From: an uncultured Thermoplasmata archaeon
GTDB taxonomy: Archaea; Thermoplasmatota; Thermoplasmata; UBA10834
DNA length: 64,000 nucleotides
Reading direction: 5' to 3'
Assembly: GCA_963705355.1 (NCBI GenBank)
Contig: OY970070.1
Coordinates: 1,906,960-1,970,959, forward strand
Part shown: one piece after another, positions 1 to 9,222 of the stretch
Numbering within the stretch: the first letter of the stretch is position 1
How the letters are laid out: each line of letters starts with the position of its first letter
Notes under the pieces: generated by a model
What the model was told of the DNA's origin: nothing
Seen by the model: only the letters and a program-made list of their open reading frames with translations
Database searches by the model: none
Translations under genes and position numbers: made by a program

Positions 1-6
1 AAAGGT

Positions 7-516
7 GTGAAGAGTCATCCACGGAGCTTGATGCCAAGCGATTCCTCTATAGATGCGCCGGTCGAGGGAGAGGGCATCGATGCCAGAATGCTCCTCACCA
101 GCGAAGAGAGGGCCAAGATGCTCGCCCGCATCCACTCGCTTGTCTACTGGGTCGGGATGTTGATTCCGGAGCGCGAGATCCTCGACGATTCAGAAATCGA
201 TCTTCGGGAAGTCGTGTACAATCTAACCAGCAAGGAGAAGCTCACGCCGGATGACATCGCCCAGGTCAACGAGCTGATCAGGGTTCTCAAAGCGAAGGAG
301 CGTGGCCTCGAGAAGAGCCTCGCTCACGATCCCATGACATTGGACGGCGCGAAGGGTCTTCTGGAGGAGATATGCGGTCTCCTCCGTGCCATCGACGAAC
401 TACGCTCTGTCGAGACGCCCGAGAAGGCGGAGTTCAGAAAGAGGGATGTCCTGAGCAGGATCGAGGACGCGAAGAGGTGGCAGAAGTTCGTCGAGTCGAT
501 CAAGCCAACGAAGTGA
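7..516 (+). CDS. hypothetical protein (GTG start at window edge, may extend upstream)
   Basis: 169-aa ORF with no recognisable motif. The frame is open to the window start. Confidence 0.35.
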   Translation: MKSHPRSLMPSDSSIDAPVEGEGIDARMLLTSEERAKMLARIHSLVYWVGMLIPEREILDDSEIDLREVVYNLTSKEKLTPDDIAQVNELIRVLKAKERGLEKSLAHDPMTLDGAKGLLEEICGLLRAIDELRSVETPEKAEFRKRDVLSRIEDAKRWQKFVESIKPTK

Positions 517-531
517 ACGATCGTCCGCTCT

Positions 532-1968
532 TCAGTCCTCATACTTTTCCAAGATGCAGTTAATCTGCTTCTGGGTCTGCTTGTCCACCTGTTCCGGGAT
601 ATGCGACGAAATGATCTTCTTCGCTCTGTCTTTCGCCCTCTCGACCATGTCCTTCCTGGACTTGTCCAGACGATAGAATGCGAGATTGTCAGTCTTGTCC
701 TGACTCTGAATGAAGAGTTCCTTCCTCATGTTCCTCGCGGTGTGCATCTCCTTCAGGAAGCTGCCTCCGGGACCGACCTTCCTCACAAGATCGACTGCGA
801 AATGCTCGTCATCAAAGGCAACATCTCTTCGCAATTCCCGAACGTTTTCCCAGAGGTCGCAATCGATTATGATCTGCTCCAGCGACGCGCCCAACGCCTG
901 ATCGAGCCCGCCGATTCCCGATGCGAAATCTGTCAGAGCCAGAGACGTGAGGCTCGTGAACAAGAGTTCCGCCGGATCGAAATACACTCCTGGCGATTCT
1001 CCGCCGAGCCCGACCCCGAAACCGCCGACCATCGTGGAAGCGCCGTAGTACTTTGCCATCTGTGCGGCCGCGCTCGCGATCAAAGCCTCTTCGACAGCAC
1101 CGTAGTGTATCTCTCCCGTCCTCATGTTCGGCGAGGTCGATTCCGAGCTGTATACGACGGGCGCTCCAGCCTTTGTTATCTGGGATATTGCGAAGCTAGC
1201 GAGATTCTCCGCATTCACGATCGCTATTGTGGAAGCTAGGGTGACGGGAGATGTGAGCCCTGTCAGAGCCATCGACATCGAGACGACTGGTATCCCAGCG
1301 CTCGCGAATTCCATCAGGGCTTCGACCGAGCCCTTCTCGAACTCCAGCGGGCAAATGGGACACTGGACCACCGAGAACAAAGGCCTCTTGGCAAGCGCAT
1401 CCTCTCCGCCGGCGATTGCTGCGGCAACCTCGACTTCCGCTCTCGCCTCCTCCGCAGACATAGCCTCTCCTTGGACATGCTTGGTCGTGTTCAGAAGGGA
1501 AATCGTGAGTTCGCTCAAGGCATGGGTTCTGTCCGGAGCGTCATGCGCAGTAACGATCGGCCAGACATAATCGAGCGGATCCATCGCGTCGCAGAGTACC
1601 ATGAAATCCTTGAGATCCTTGCCCAGCGTGGTGTGCTTCTCCCCGGTCTCGAGATCGGTCATGTAGACGGCGGTGCCGTTCGTCGCCATATATGGTGGTC
1701 CAGTCTTCGGAGCTAGCATGTCTTGTTTCGGATTCCTCGCGCAAAGATTCACGGTCTTCGGAAGCTTTTTCACAGTCTCCTTGACCAAGCTTTCTGGAAT
1801 GCTAGCATGCATGCCCTTTCTGTCTATCTTTGCCCCGCCGCTCTCAAGCATCTTGAGCGCTCTCTCGCTTCGAACCATCACGCCTGGGTTCTCCAATATG
1901 CGCAGCGTCTTTTTGTGAACAAGTTCTATGTCACTCTTCGACAGAATGCTTATCTGGGCTACCGCCAT
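532..1968 (-). CDS. trimethylamine/quaternary-amine methyltransferase MttB-superfamily protein (non-pyrrolysine type)
   Basis: 478 aa. Length and conserved blocks are typical of the MttB family (VVQCPICPLEF..., GGFGVGLGGESPGVYFDP). The ORF is uninterrupted, with no in-frame TAG. Confidence 0.7.
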   Translation of the reverse strand: MAVAQISILSKSDIELVHKKTLRILENPGVMVRSERALKMLESGGAKIDRKGMHASIPESLVKETVKKLPKTVNLCARNPKQDMLAPKTGPPYMATNGTAVYMTDLETGEKHTTLGKDLKDFMVLCDAMDPLDYVWPIVTAHDAPDRTHALSELTISLLNTTKHVQGEAMSAEEARAEVEVAAAIAGGEDALAKRPLFSVVQCPICPLEFEKGSVEALMEFASAGIPVVSMSMALTGLTSPVTLASTIAIVNAENLASFAISQITKAGAPVVYSSESTSPNMRTGEIHYGAVEEALIASAAAQMAKYYGASTMVGGFGVGLGGESPGVYFDPAELLFTSLTSLALTDFASGIGGLDQALGASLEQIIIDCDLWENVRELRRDVAFDDEHFAVDLVRKVGPGGSFLKEMHTARNMRKELFIQSQDKTDNLAFYRLDKSRKDMVERAKDRAKKIISSHIPEQVDKQTQKQINCILEKYED

Positions 1969-2023
1969 TCTCCCGCTCCGAGAACCGAGATTGAGAGTGA
2001 GGTAATTAATCCATTGGCCCCCA

Positions 2024-3304
2024 GTGGATGACTATCTCAACGATCTCTTCGGACCAAGTGGACAAATGGTGTTCGAGACTCTCAGGGCATATCCCAGGGC
2101 TTTCAAGGTGCTCGTGGCGAGCGCACTGATCGAGAACATGGCTTTTGGCCTCATAATTCCGTATTTGACGATTTATATGACTGCTGATATCAAAATCTCG
2201 GATGCGGCCGCGGGTGTCGTGCTAATGGGCTATACTCTTTCGGGCATACCCGCTGCGATATTCGGCGGCATGCTCGCCGACAAGATCGGAAGGAGGACCG
2301 TCCTTCTCATCAGCCTGGGTTTGATGGCGATCACGATATTCATGTATTGGTTCGCCTTCGATTTCGTCTCCTTGCTCGCGATCGCCCTTGCGGACTCCTT
2401 TGTTGGCTCGCTTTACATGCCCGCTGCGAACGCGATGATAGCTGATGTGATTCCGTCGGAGAAGAGGCCTCAAGCCTACAGCACGCAGAGGATCGCTTGG
2501 AATGTCGGCTTGATATTCGGCCCCGCGGCGGGTGCAGCCATCGTCGCAAGCAGCTCCATACAGCATCTGTTCGCATTCGGCTCCGTGATCCTTGCGGTGG
2601 CCTTCACGATGAACTTCTTCTTCATCCCGGAGACAAAGCCAGACAAGACCGGTGAAGAGGTGACCTTCAGGAAAGTGGCTGAGGTCCGTAAGAACAGGCC
2701 GTTCCTCCTCCTGTGCGCGATGAGCGGCATATTTTGGTTCGGTTCGACCCAGTTCATGTCTGCATTCCCAGTGTACGTCACCAGGGAACTCGCTCTTCCC
2801 AATACTGACCCTGGGGTTCTGTGGGCGATAAATGGTGCGATGATCGTCCTGCTCCAGCTCTGGGTCACATCGAAGGCTGTGAAGCTCAGAAGATCCGTCG
2901 TCCTAACGGCCGGACAAATCGTTAGTTCGGTCGGATTGGGCCTACTGTTCTTCGCAGCCGGTCTACCTGAGTTGATCGCGTTCATCGTCGTCATGACAAT
3001 AGGTGAACTCATCTACATGTCAATCCTCTCTGCGGTCATCGCTGACATGTCGCCTGAGGACAAGCGCGGCATCTACATGGGCTTCGCTGGATTCATGCAG
3101 ACCCTCGGCATGGGCGCGGGCATGCTCGTCGGCATGTGGCTCCTGGGGGCCCTCGCATCCCAGAGCGCCTATCTCTGGGCGTTCTTTGGAGTCGTGGGCG
3201 TATCGACGAGCCTCGCATACTTGGTCTTCGGCCGGATGGTCGGACCTGAGAAGGATCATCCATCGAAGTTCGGAGTCCCCGCTCCTTCAATGCAGTTGCA
3301 CTGA
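2024..3304 (+). CDS. MFS transporter
   Basis: 426 aa with about 12 predicted TM helices. An MFS signature lies between TM2 and TM3 (GMLADKIGRR). Confidence 0.8.
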   Translation: MDDYLNDLFGPSGQMVFETLRAYPRAFKVLVASALIENMAFGLIIPYLTIYMTADIKISDAAAGVVLMGYTLSGIPAAIFGGMLADKIGRRTVLLISLGLMAITIFMYWFAFDFVSLLAIALADSFVGSLYMPAANAMIADVIPSEKRPQAYSTQRIAWNVGLIFGPAAGAAIVASSSIQHLFAFGSVILAVAFTMNFFFIPETKPDKTGEEVTFRKVAEVRKNRPFLLLCAMSGIFWFGSTQFMSAFPVYVTRELALPNTDPGVLWAINGAMIVLLQLWVTSKAVKLRRSVVLTAGQIVSSVGLGLLFFAAGLPELIAFIVVMTIGELIYMSILSAVIADMSPEDKRGIYMGFAGFMQTLGMGAGMLVGMWLLGALASQSAYLWAFFGVVGVSTSLAYLVFGRMVGPEKDHPSKFGVPAPSMQLH

Positions 3305-3384
3305 GAACAAGAGAAATCCAAAAGGTGAAGGGGTTTTCCAGCCCATCCTCTTGGGATGAACTGATTCAGCAATGCGAAGCGATC

Positions 3385-3942
3385 CTAGAATCGTCTTCGG
3401 CCCTTGTTCATGTAGCTGGGCCTGTCGCTGCTATCTCTGTCTCCGCCTCTGTCGCCATAGCCGCCGCGCCTCTCGCGACCGCCACCATAGCCACCGCGGC
3501 TTCCGCCTCCGCCGAAGCTCCTGCGCTCCTGTTCGTACTCCTTGTCGCTCATGTTCAGCGCGGTGCTTGAGCCGTCAAGCGGCTTCTCGCTCTTTGTGAG
3601 CTGGCCGTACTTGCCGACGTTCAGGCGCATGTGTCCCCTGACCAGCGAGACGTAACCGTTCTTGATCGCCATCACATCGTCCTTGACAATGCTTCCGATC
3701 TGGTTGTCCCACAGGGAGAGGATGATCGCACCCGTCTCGTCCGCTACAGTCGCCTCTGCGACCTTTCTGGAGTTCCCGAACTTTCCGGGGATGTCCTTTG
3801 GCTCGCTGACCTCAAGGCACTTGGCCAATACGTCCACTCTCTTCGATTGTGGCGTGAGGTCCTTTATCTTCGTCTCTACGCTTGCTTGCTCTTCCGAGCT
3901 TTGTCCAACGCTCTCTTCCATGTCTATTCTTCCTTTGTGCAC
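3385..3942 (-). CDS. OB-fold ssDNA-binding (SSB/RPA-like) protein with C-terminal RGG/Gly-rich tail
   Basis: OB-fold core resembling euryarchaeal SSBs (KFGNSRKVAEATVADETGAIILSLWDNQ...). The tail is Gly/Arg-rich (GGGGSRGGYGGGRERRGGYGDRGGDRD). The start is probably Met8 (3921). Confidence 0.55.
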   Translation of the reverse strand: MHKGRIDMEESVGQSSEEQASVETKIKDLTPQSKRVDVLAKCLEVSEPKDIPGKFGNSRKVAEATVADETGAIILSLWDNQIGSIVKDDVMAIKNGYVSLVRGHMRLNVGKYGQLTKSEKPLDGSSTALNMSDKEYEQERRSFGGGGSRGGYGGGRERRGGYGDRGGDRDSSDRPSYMNKGRRRF

Positions 3943-4336
3943 AATTGTCTCCGGCTAGCACGCGAGTCAAACTATCGGCTTCAAAACATCAGCGATGTTC
4001 GGCTTGTCGTATCACTCGGCACAACTAGTGCTGGTTTAACGACTGTGCATGACACTATTAATAATCTTGCCCGATACTAGGCCAACGTGCGGCCGTCATT
4101 GTGCCGATTTGCGCAATCCCAGCTTCAGTCAGCGCGTTCAACTAGACGGCTCTGCTCTGAGAAACAGCTATATATACTCCTGTGCGTACGGCGTTACCTG
4201 TTTGAGGAGCATAGCGCCGTTGAGACCTGCAAGGACACTCCGCACGGAGGTCTGCTCCCCGCCGGAGCAGTGGGTTCATGATGCTCGCGATCGATTCACG
4301 GAAGGGACTTTGAGGACCGCATGTCCCTGAGGGGGG

Positions 4337-6337
4337 ATGCACATGGTTGACGACGGTGTAGGCCGGGCTATTTACCCTGGTGCGGCACCCTCTCCCGCCC
4401 CCCCTACCGAGTTCTCGCCAAAACCTGAACGGCATGAGGGCGGGATCGCAGCCGAAATCGCTGCTCTTGGGATAGAAAATCTGCGCGTTGCGGTTGCTTC
4501 CGGCGAGCGGCTCCTGTACTCACGCGACCAATCTGAGATCCCGCGCTTCCTCAGAGAGATCATGTTCAACTCGGTCCCCGAGGCAGTTGTTCTGGCGAAA
4601 TCGGCTGAGGCGGTCTCGGCCGTTGTTCGATTCGCCTCTTCGAATGGCATCACTGTCATACCCAGAGGTTCAGGCTCGTCGCCCTTCGGCGGTTCGGTCC
4701 CTGTCTCCGGAGGCATCGTGATCGATGTCTCGGGCATGGACAGGATCATCAACATCGATGTTCCAGGCAAGACGGCGAGTGTCGAGGCGGGAGCGAGATG
4801 GGCAGACCTGGATCATGAGCTGGAGAAGCACGGCCTATGCCTGAACACGAGTCCGTCGAGCAAGTTCTCGACCGTCGCGGGATGGGTCGCGACGGGCGGG
4901 ATGGGATTGAACAGCTTCTCGAAGGGTCATCTGAGTTCGAGTGTTCTGTCGGTCGATGTCGTGACTCCAGACGGGCTGAAGAGGACGGTCCAGAGCGGCG
5001 ACCCGATGTTCCCCGCGATCTTCGGAAGTGAAGGGCAGCTCGGGGTGATCACGGCAGTGACTCTTGGCGTCCGCAAGATCCCGAAGAGATTCAAGCCGCA
5101 TTTGATATTCTTCAAAGACCCGAAGAGCGCCTTGAACTTCACACGCTCTCTGGCAGAGAGTGGAGTCCACCCTGCTCACATCTTGTACGAGAGCGCCGCG
5201 AAGTTCTCTCTCATCAACAGGATGCTAGGCCAGAGCCGCTTCAGCGCCGCTGACGCCATCATCGTGAGCATCGAGGGCGAGGAGTCGGAGCAGCTTTACC
5301 AGAGCTTCACGAAGGCCGCGGGTCTCAAGGAGGAGAAGGAGTACCTCGCGCGGTACATGTGGAACGAGAGGTACTTCCCCATGAAGGTTCGCAAGTTCGG
5401 ACCGGGGATGCTTGGATCCGAGGTTATGGTGCCTCAGAGACTTCTTCCAGATGTTCTCACGAAGGCTGCCGACCTGTGCCAAGAGCTCGGGCTCGAGCCC
5501 CTCTTTGAGATACACTTCACCAATGAAGGCCATGGTCTGCTCCTGTGTTACTACGTGACGGACCAGGGCAACACGATAGGCTACACCCTGGACGCGCTCA
5601 AGTCCATGCTTCTCACATCGATGCTGATTGAGAGCGGCGCAAAGCCATACTCTGTCGGCATTTGGAACCATCCGTTCTCGAACGCCGAAGAGCGACCACG
5701 CGTCGATCGCCTGCGACAAGCGAAGGCTACAATGGATCCAAAGGGCGTCATGAACTCTGGAAAGTACTTCTCGCTCTCTGGAAGATTCGGCGGACTCGCC
5801 GCGATGGCCTTCAATCCCAGATTGATGAGGCCAGTGCTGAAGACGATGCGGGTCTTCTCCCCGATCACCATGCGATTCATGCGGATGGGATATGGTTTCG
5901 CTGCCAGGAGGCTGAAGCCGAAGTCAAGGAGCGAACTTCTTCGGATTGCAGACGAGTGCGCCATGTGCGGAGCTTGTGTGAGCGTCTGCCCGGCTTACCT
6001 CGTCGTGGGCGATGAGAGGGTCACCGGAAGAGGGAAGCTGTTGACTGTCAAGGCGATGGCGCGCGGCGCCAAGATATCGAAGGAGCACTCGGACAGGATC
6101 TTCCTGTGCATGAAGTGCAAGGCGTGCGAGCAGGTCTGTCAATCGAAGCTCGAGCTCGTCAAAGCCTACGAAGCACTTGAGAAGGAACTTGAGCAGATTC
6201 ACGGCAAGGACGCTCAGGAGATCGAGAAGTTCATCCGGTACGTGGAGAACACCTCCGAGTACGATGAGCTTGTCGAGCGCGGTCTCGTAATAGGTGCTCC
6301 GAAGCACGGGATGGGAGGTGGTGCGGCTGACGTTTGA
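4337..6337 (+). CDS. FAD-binding (PCMH/GlcD-type) oxidoreductase fused to C-terminal 2x[4Fe-4S] ferredoxin-like domain (D-lactate/glycolate dehydrogenase-like)
   Basis: FAD_binding_4 motifs (VIPRGSGSSPFGGSV, GSEGQLGVIT). Two C-terminal Cys clusters (CAMCGACVSVCP and CMKCKACEQVCQ). Confidence 0.8.
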   Translation: MHMVDDGVGRAIYPGAAPSPAPPTEFSPKPERHEGGIAAEIAALGIENLRVAVASGERLLYSRDQSEIPRFLREIMFNSVPEAVVLAKSAEAVSAVVRFASSNGITVIPRGSGSSPFGGSVPVSGGIVIDVSGMDRIINIDVPGKTASVEAGARWADLDHELEKHGLCLNTSPSSKFSTVAGWVATGGMGLNSFSKGHLSSSVLSVDVVTPDGLKRTVQSGDPMFPAIFGSEGQLGVITAVTLGVRKIPKRFKPHLIFFKDPKSALNFTRSLAESGVHPAHILYESAAKFSLINRMLGQSRFSAADAIIVSIEGEESEQLYQSFTKAAGLKEEKEYLARYMWNERYFPMKVRKFGPGMLGSEVMVPQRLLPDVLTKAADLCQELGLEPLFEIHFTNEGHGLLLCYYVTDQGNTIGYTLDALKSMLLTSMLIESGAKPYSVGIWNHPFSNAEERPRVDRLRQAKATMDPKGVMNSGKYFSLSGRFGGLAAMAFNPRLMRPVLKTMRVFSPITMRFMRMGYGFAARRLKPKSRSELLRIADECAMCGACVSVCPAYLVVGDERVTGRGKLLTVKAMARGAKISKEHSDRIFLCMKCKACEQVCQSKLELVKAYEALEKELEQIHGKDAQEIEKFIRYVENTSEYDELVERGLVIGAPKHGMGGGAADV

Positions 6338-7718
6338 GCGATACCACATACCCCTCAATACGGTTCAGGGAAGAGCGACACCAGTCCCGAAGTTCGTGAT
6401 AACGCGCACGGATAACTGCATCAACTGCGGCAAGTGCGAGAAGGCCTGCATCTATGGCGTGCACAAGAGGAGCGAGCAAGACCTGCGCAAGATGGCCGAC
6501 CCCATCAATCAGCTCTGCAAGAACTGCTTCAGATGCATAGAGGATTGCCCTCAGAGATCATTGTCAATGGCCCCTGGCACGGAATACAAGTCCTTGGGGC
6601 GCGGGACCTGGACCCCGCTGAGGATAACGACGATCTGGGGCGAGGCGGAGACAGGCAAGATTCCCGTTCTTGGCGCTGGCTACCGCGGCATGTTCGCTGG
6701 ACCTGGCTACGACGGCATGTGGACGGACATGTCCGAGATAGTCAGGCCCACGCGTGACGGTATCCACGGCAGAGAATTCATCTCAACGAGCGTCGACATC
6801 GGCAGAAAGCCCGCTTGGCTTGAGTTCGGGAAGAACGGCAATGTCCTCACCGAGATCCCGCCTATCATCGAGTTGCCCATACCTGTGATAGTGGACGTAA
6901 CGAGGCTGAGGTCGGTGAGCGATGATATGATGACTGGCTTCGCCCGCGCGGCAAAGCATCTGAACACTCTCATCCTGGCCTCTCCGGGTTCTCCGCTTTC
7001 TCAGGCGTCCGCGGAGCTCAACAGCCATTACGTCCCGGTGTTCCCGGAAGGCGCGGATGTTCGCACCATCGAGATACCCAAAGGGGTCCAGATGGTCGAA
7101 CTGCAATACGGATCTGGATGGAGAGGGGACGCGAATCTGTTCAGGTCGAGGTTTCCCGGTGTTGTCCTCTCCTTCAGGATGGAGTCCGGCAGAGGCATCG
7201 AGCAAAAGATCCTCGAGCTTGTCCAGGCCAAGGTCGACGCCGCCCATGTCCTCTATGACGAGGAGAGCGCGGAGCTCGACAGGAACGATTTCAGGCACGC
7301 TAAGGACAGCCTGCGTGCTATCCACAGAGCGCTGGTCGCAAGGGCGATTCGCGACCAGATCACTCTAATCGCTGGAGGAGGGATCGCCGCTGCGGAGCAT
7401 GTTCCGAAGAGCATCATCTGCGGTGCGGACATCGTCGCGCTCGAGAAGGCGCTGGTCATAGCGCTCGAGTGCAGAGATTGTATCAGTTGCTCGAAGGGCT
7501 CGTGCCCCATAAACCTGCACAGCGCGCCCCTAGATTGGGTCGAAGGGCGCGTGACCAACATGATTGGCGCTTGGAGAGACCAGCTTCTCGAGGTTCTCGG
7601 AGCCATGGGCCTCAGGGAAGTCCGAAGGCTGAGGGGAGAGTTTGGCAGGGCGATCTTCTATGAGGACGTCGAGCGAGAAGCGTTCTCGGAGATAGAAGGA
7701 GGCGAGACGAATGGCTGA
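6294..7718 (+). CDS. glutamate synthase large-subunit domain-2 (FMN) paralog with N-terminal 4Fe-4S ferredoxin domain
   Basis: N-terminal CINCGKCEKAC...CKNCFRCIEDCP. The C-terminus is a TIM-barrel like GltB domain 2 (IAGGGIAAAEHVPKSIICGADIVALEKA...CRDCISCSKGSCP) but lacks the canonical GGTGA block. It overlaps the next gene, suggesting an operon. Confidence 0.65.
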   Translation: MLRSTGWEVVRLTFERYHIPLNTVQGRATPVPKFVITRTDNCINCGKCEKACIYGVHKRSEQDLRKMADPINQLCKNCFRCIEDCPQRSLSMAPGTEYKSLGRGTWTPLRITTIWGEAETGKIPVLGAGYRGMFAGPGYDGMWTDMSEIVRPTRDGIHGREFISTSVDIGRKPAWLEFGKNGNVLTEIPPIIELPIPVIVDVTRLRSVSDDMMTGFARAAKHLNTLILASPGSPLSQASAELNSHYVPVFPEGADVRTIEIPKGVQMVELQYGSGWRGDANLFRSRFPGVVLSFRMESGRGIEQKILELVQAKVDAAHVLYDEESAELDRNDFRHAKDSLRAIHRALVARAIRDQITLIAGGGIAAAEHVPKSIICGADIVALEKALVIALECRDCISCSKGSCPINLHSAPLDWVEGRVTNMIGAWRDQLLEVLGAMGLREVRRLRGEFGRAIFYEDVEREAFSEIEGGETNG

Positions 7719-9222
7719 GGCCGAGAAGGTCTGCCCTAAGGATATCCCGGAGGCAGCCCTCATCCCCTCCGAGCATCTCAAGTTCGTCAACCGATTCACG
7801 GTGAAGAGGGCAGACACCTGCATCTCGTGCGGCACTTGCGCGAGTCTGTGCCCCTACGGAGTTCACAAGAGGATCGAGGGCCACGCAAAGATCCTCCCGC
7901 CAGACGATAGGAAGTGCATTGGACCGTCCTGCGAGGTTAACTACTTCTTCTGCGTCGCGAACTGCCCAACGAACTCGCTTTCAGTGAGCACAAGCGAGAC
8001 CTTCTTCAGCCTCGGCGACCCGCGTTGGACCTCTGAGATGATACTCGCCACTTGGGCCATGGCTGAGACCGGGAGGCCACTTCCGCTCGATCATCCCGGA
8101 AACGTCGGAGCTTCTGAGGGCGGGTTTGACAGACTGCAGTTCAAGCTCCCCGAACCGAAGGGGGGGTTCGAACCAGCGGAGATATGCACGGCTATCGACC
8201 TCAACAGGCGTGATTCTGGGGCGATGATCAGGATACCCATTCCGATCTACGGCGGGGGAATGTCATTCGGCTCTGTGAGCGTCTACACGATGGTCGCTAG
8301 GGCGAAGGCTGCCAAGAAGTGGAGCACATTCACCTGCACGGGAGAGGGAGGCTATCCAGACGCGCTGATCCCGTACAAGGACCATGTCATCACACAGATC
8401 GCCACTGGCCTGTTCGGCGTCCGCGAGGAGACCATCCAGCGCACTAGGATCGTCGAGTTCAAGTACGCTCAGGGGGCGAAGCCTGGCCTCGGGGGCCACC
8501 TGCTCCACGACAAGAACACGCCTGAAGTCGCGAGGATGCGAGAGGCCGTGCCGTATACGAGCCTGTTCTCACCGTTCCCGTTCCACAGTGTCTACTCGGT
8601 CGAGGACCACAAGAAGCATCTGGACTGGGCGCATGCGATCAATCCGACTGCACTTCTCGCGGTGAAGGTGTCGACGCCGAACGATGTCGAGATGGTGTCG
8701 GTCGGAAGCTACTACGCTGGAGCGCACATCGTCCATCTCGACGGCGGCTACGGAGGGACAGGCGCTGCGCCCGAGATCGCTAAGAAGAACATCGCGATGC
8801 CGATAGAGTATGCCATCCCGAAGGTCCATAAATTCCTCGTCAACGAGGGTATCCGAGACCAGATCACGCTGCTGGCCAGCGGAGGCCTCAGGACCGCGCT
8901 GGACGTCGCCAAGGCGATCGCCCTGGGAGCTGATGGTGCGGTCATCGGGACCGCGGACCTCGTTGCCCTCGGGTGCGTCAGATGCGGCAACTGCGAGAGC
9001 GGCCGAGGCTGTCCTCGTGGCATCGCGACTACAGACCCCATCCTGGACAAGCTGACAGATGCCGACTGGGGCGCCGAAAGGATCTCCAATCTCTACAGCG
9101 CCTGGAGGCTGCAGTGGTGCGAACTCCTTTCTAGGTTCGAGATGTCCGATATCGCGGAGCTGCGCGGCCGGACGGACTTGCTGAGGAACTCAGGCAACCC
9201 GGCGAAGGAGGTGGGCAGGTGA
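7711..9222 (+). CDS. gltB: glutamate synthase FMN-binding subunit (GltB domain 2, archaeal split type) with N-terminal ferredoxin domain
   Basis: Core FMN-domain blocks (HIVHLDGGYGGTGAAP, LLASGGLRTALDVAKAIALGADGAVIGTADLVALGCVRCGNCESGRGCPRGIATTD). N-terminal CISCGTCASLCP. Confidence 0.85.
   Translation: MAEAEKVCPKDIPEAALIPSEHLKFVNRFTVKRADTCISCGTCASLCPYGVHKRIEGHAKILPPDDRKCIGPSCEVNYFFCVANCPTNSLSVSTSETFFSLGDPRWTSEMILATWAMAETGRPLPLDHPGNVGASEGGFDRLQFKLPEPKGGFEPAEICTAIDLNRRDSGAMIRIPIPIYGGGMSFGSVSVYTMVARAKAAKKWSTFTCTGEGGYPDALIPYKDHVITQIATGLFGVREETIQRTRIVEFKYAQGAKPGLGGHLLHDKNTPEVARMREAVPYTSLFSPFPFHSVYSVEDHKKHLDWAHAINPTALLAVKVSTPNDVEMVSVGSYYAGAHIVHLDGGYGGTGAAPEIAKKNIAMPIEYAIPKVHKFLVNEGIRDQITLLASGGLRTALDVAKAIALGADGAVIGTADLVALGCVRCGNCESGRGCPRGIATTDPILDKLTDADWGAERISNLYSAWRLQWCELLSRFEMSDIAELRGRTDLLRNSGNPAKEVGR

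Noticed and set aside
601-1239. 212-aa plus-strand ORF
   Set aside because: It is antisense to the MttB-family gene.
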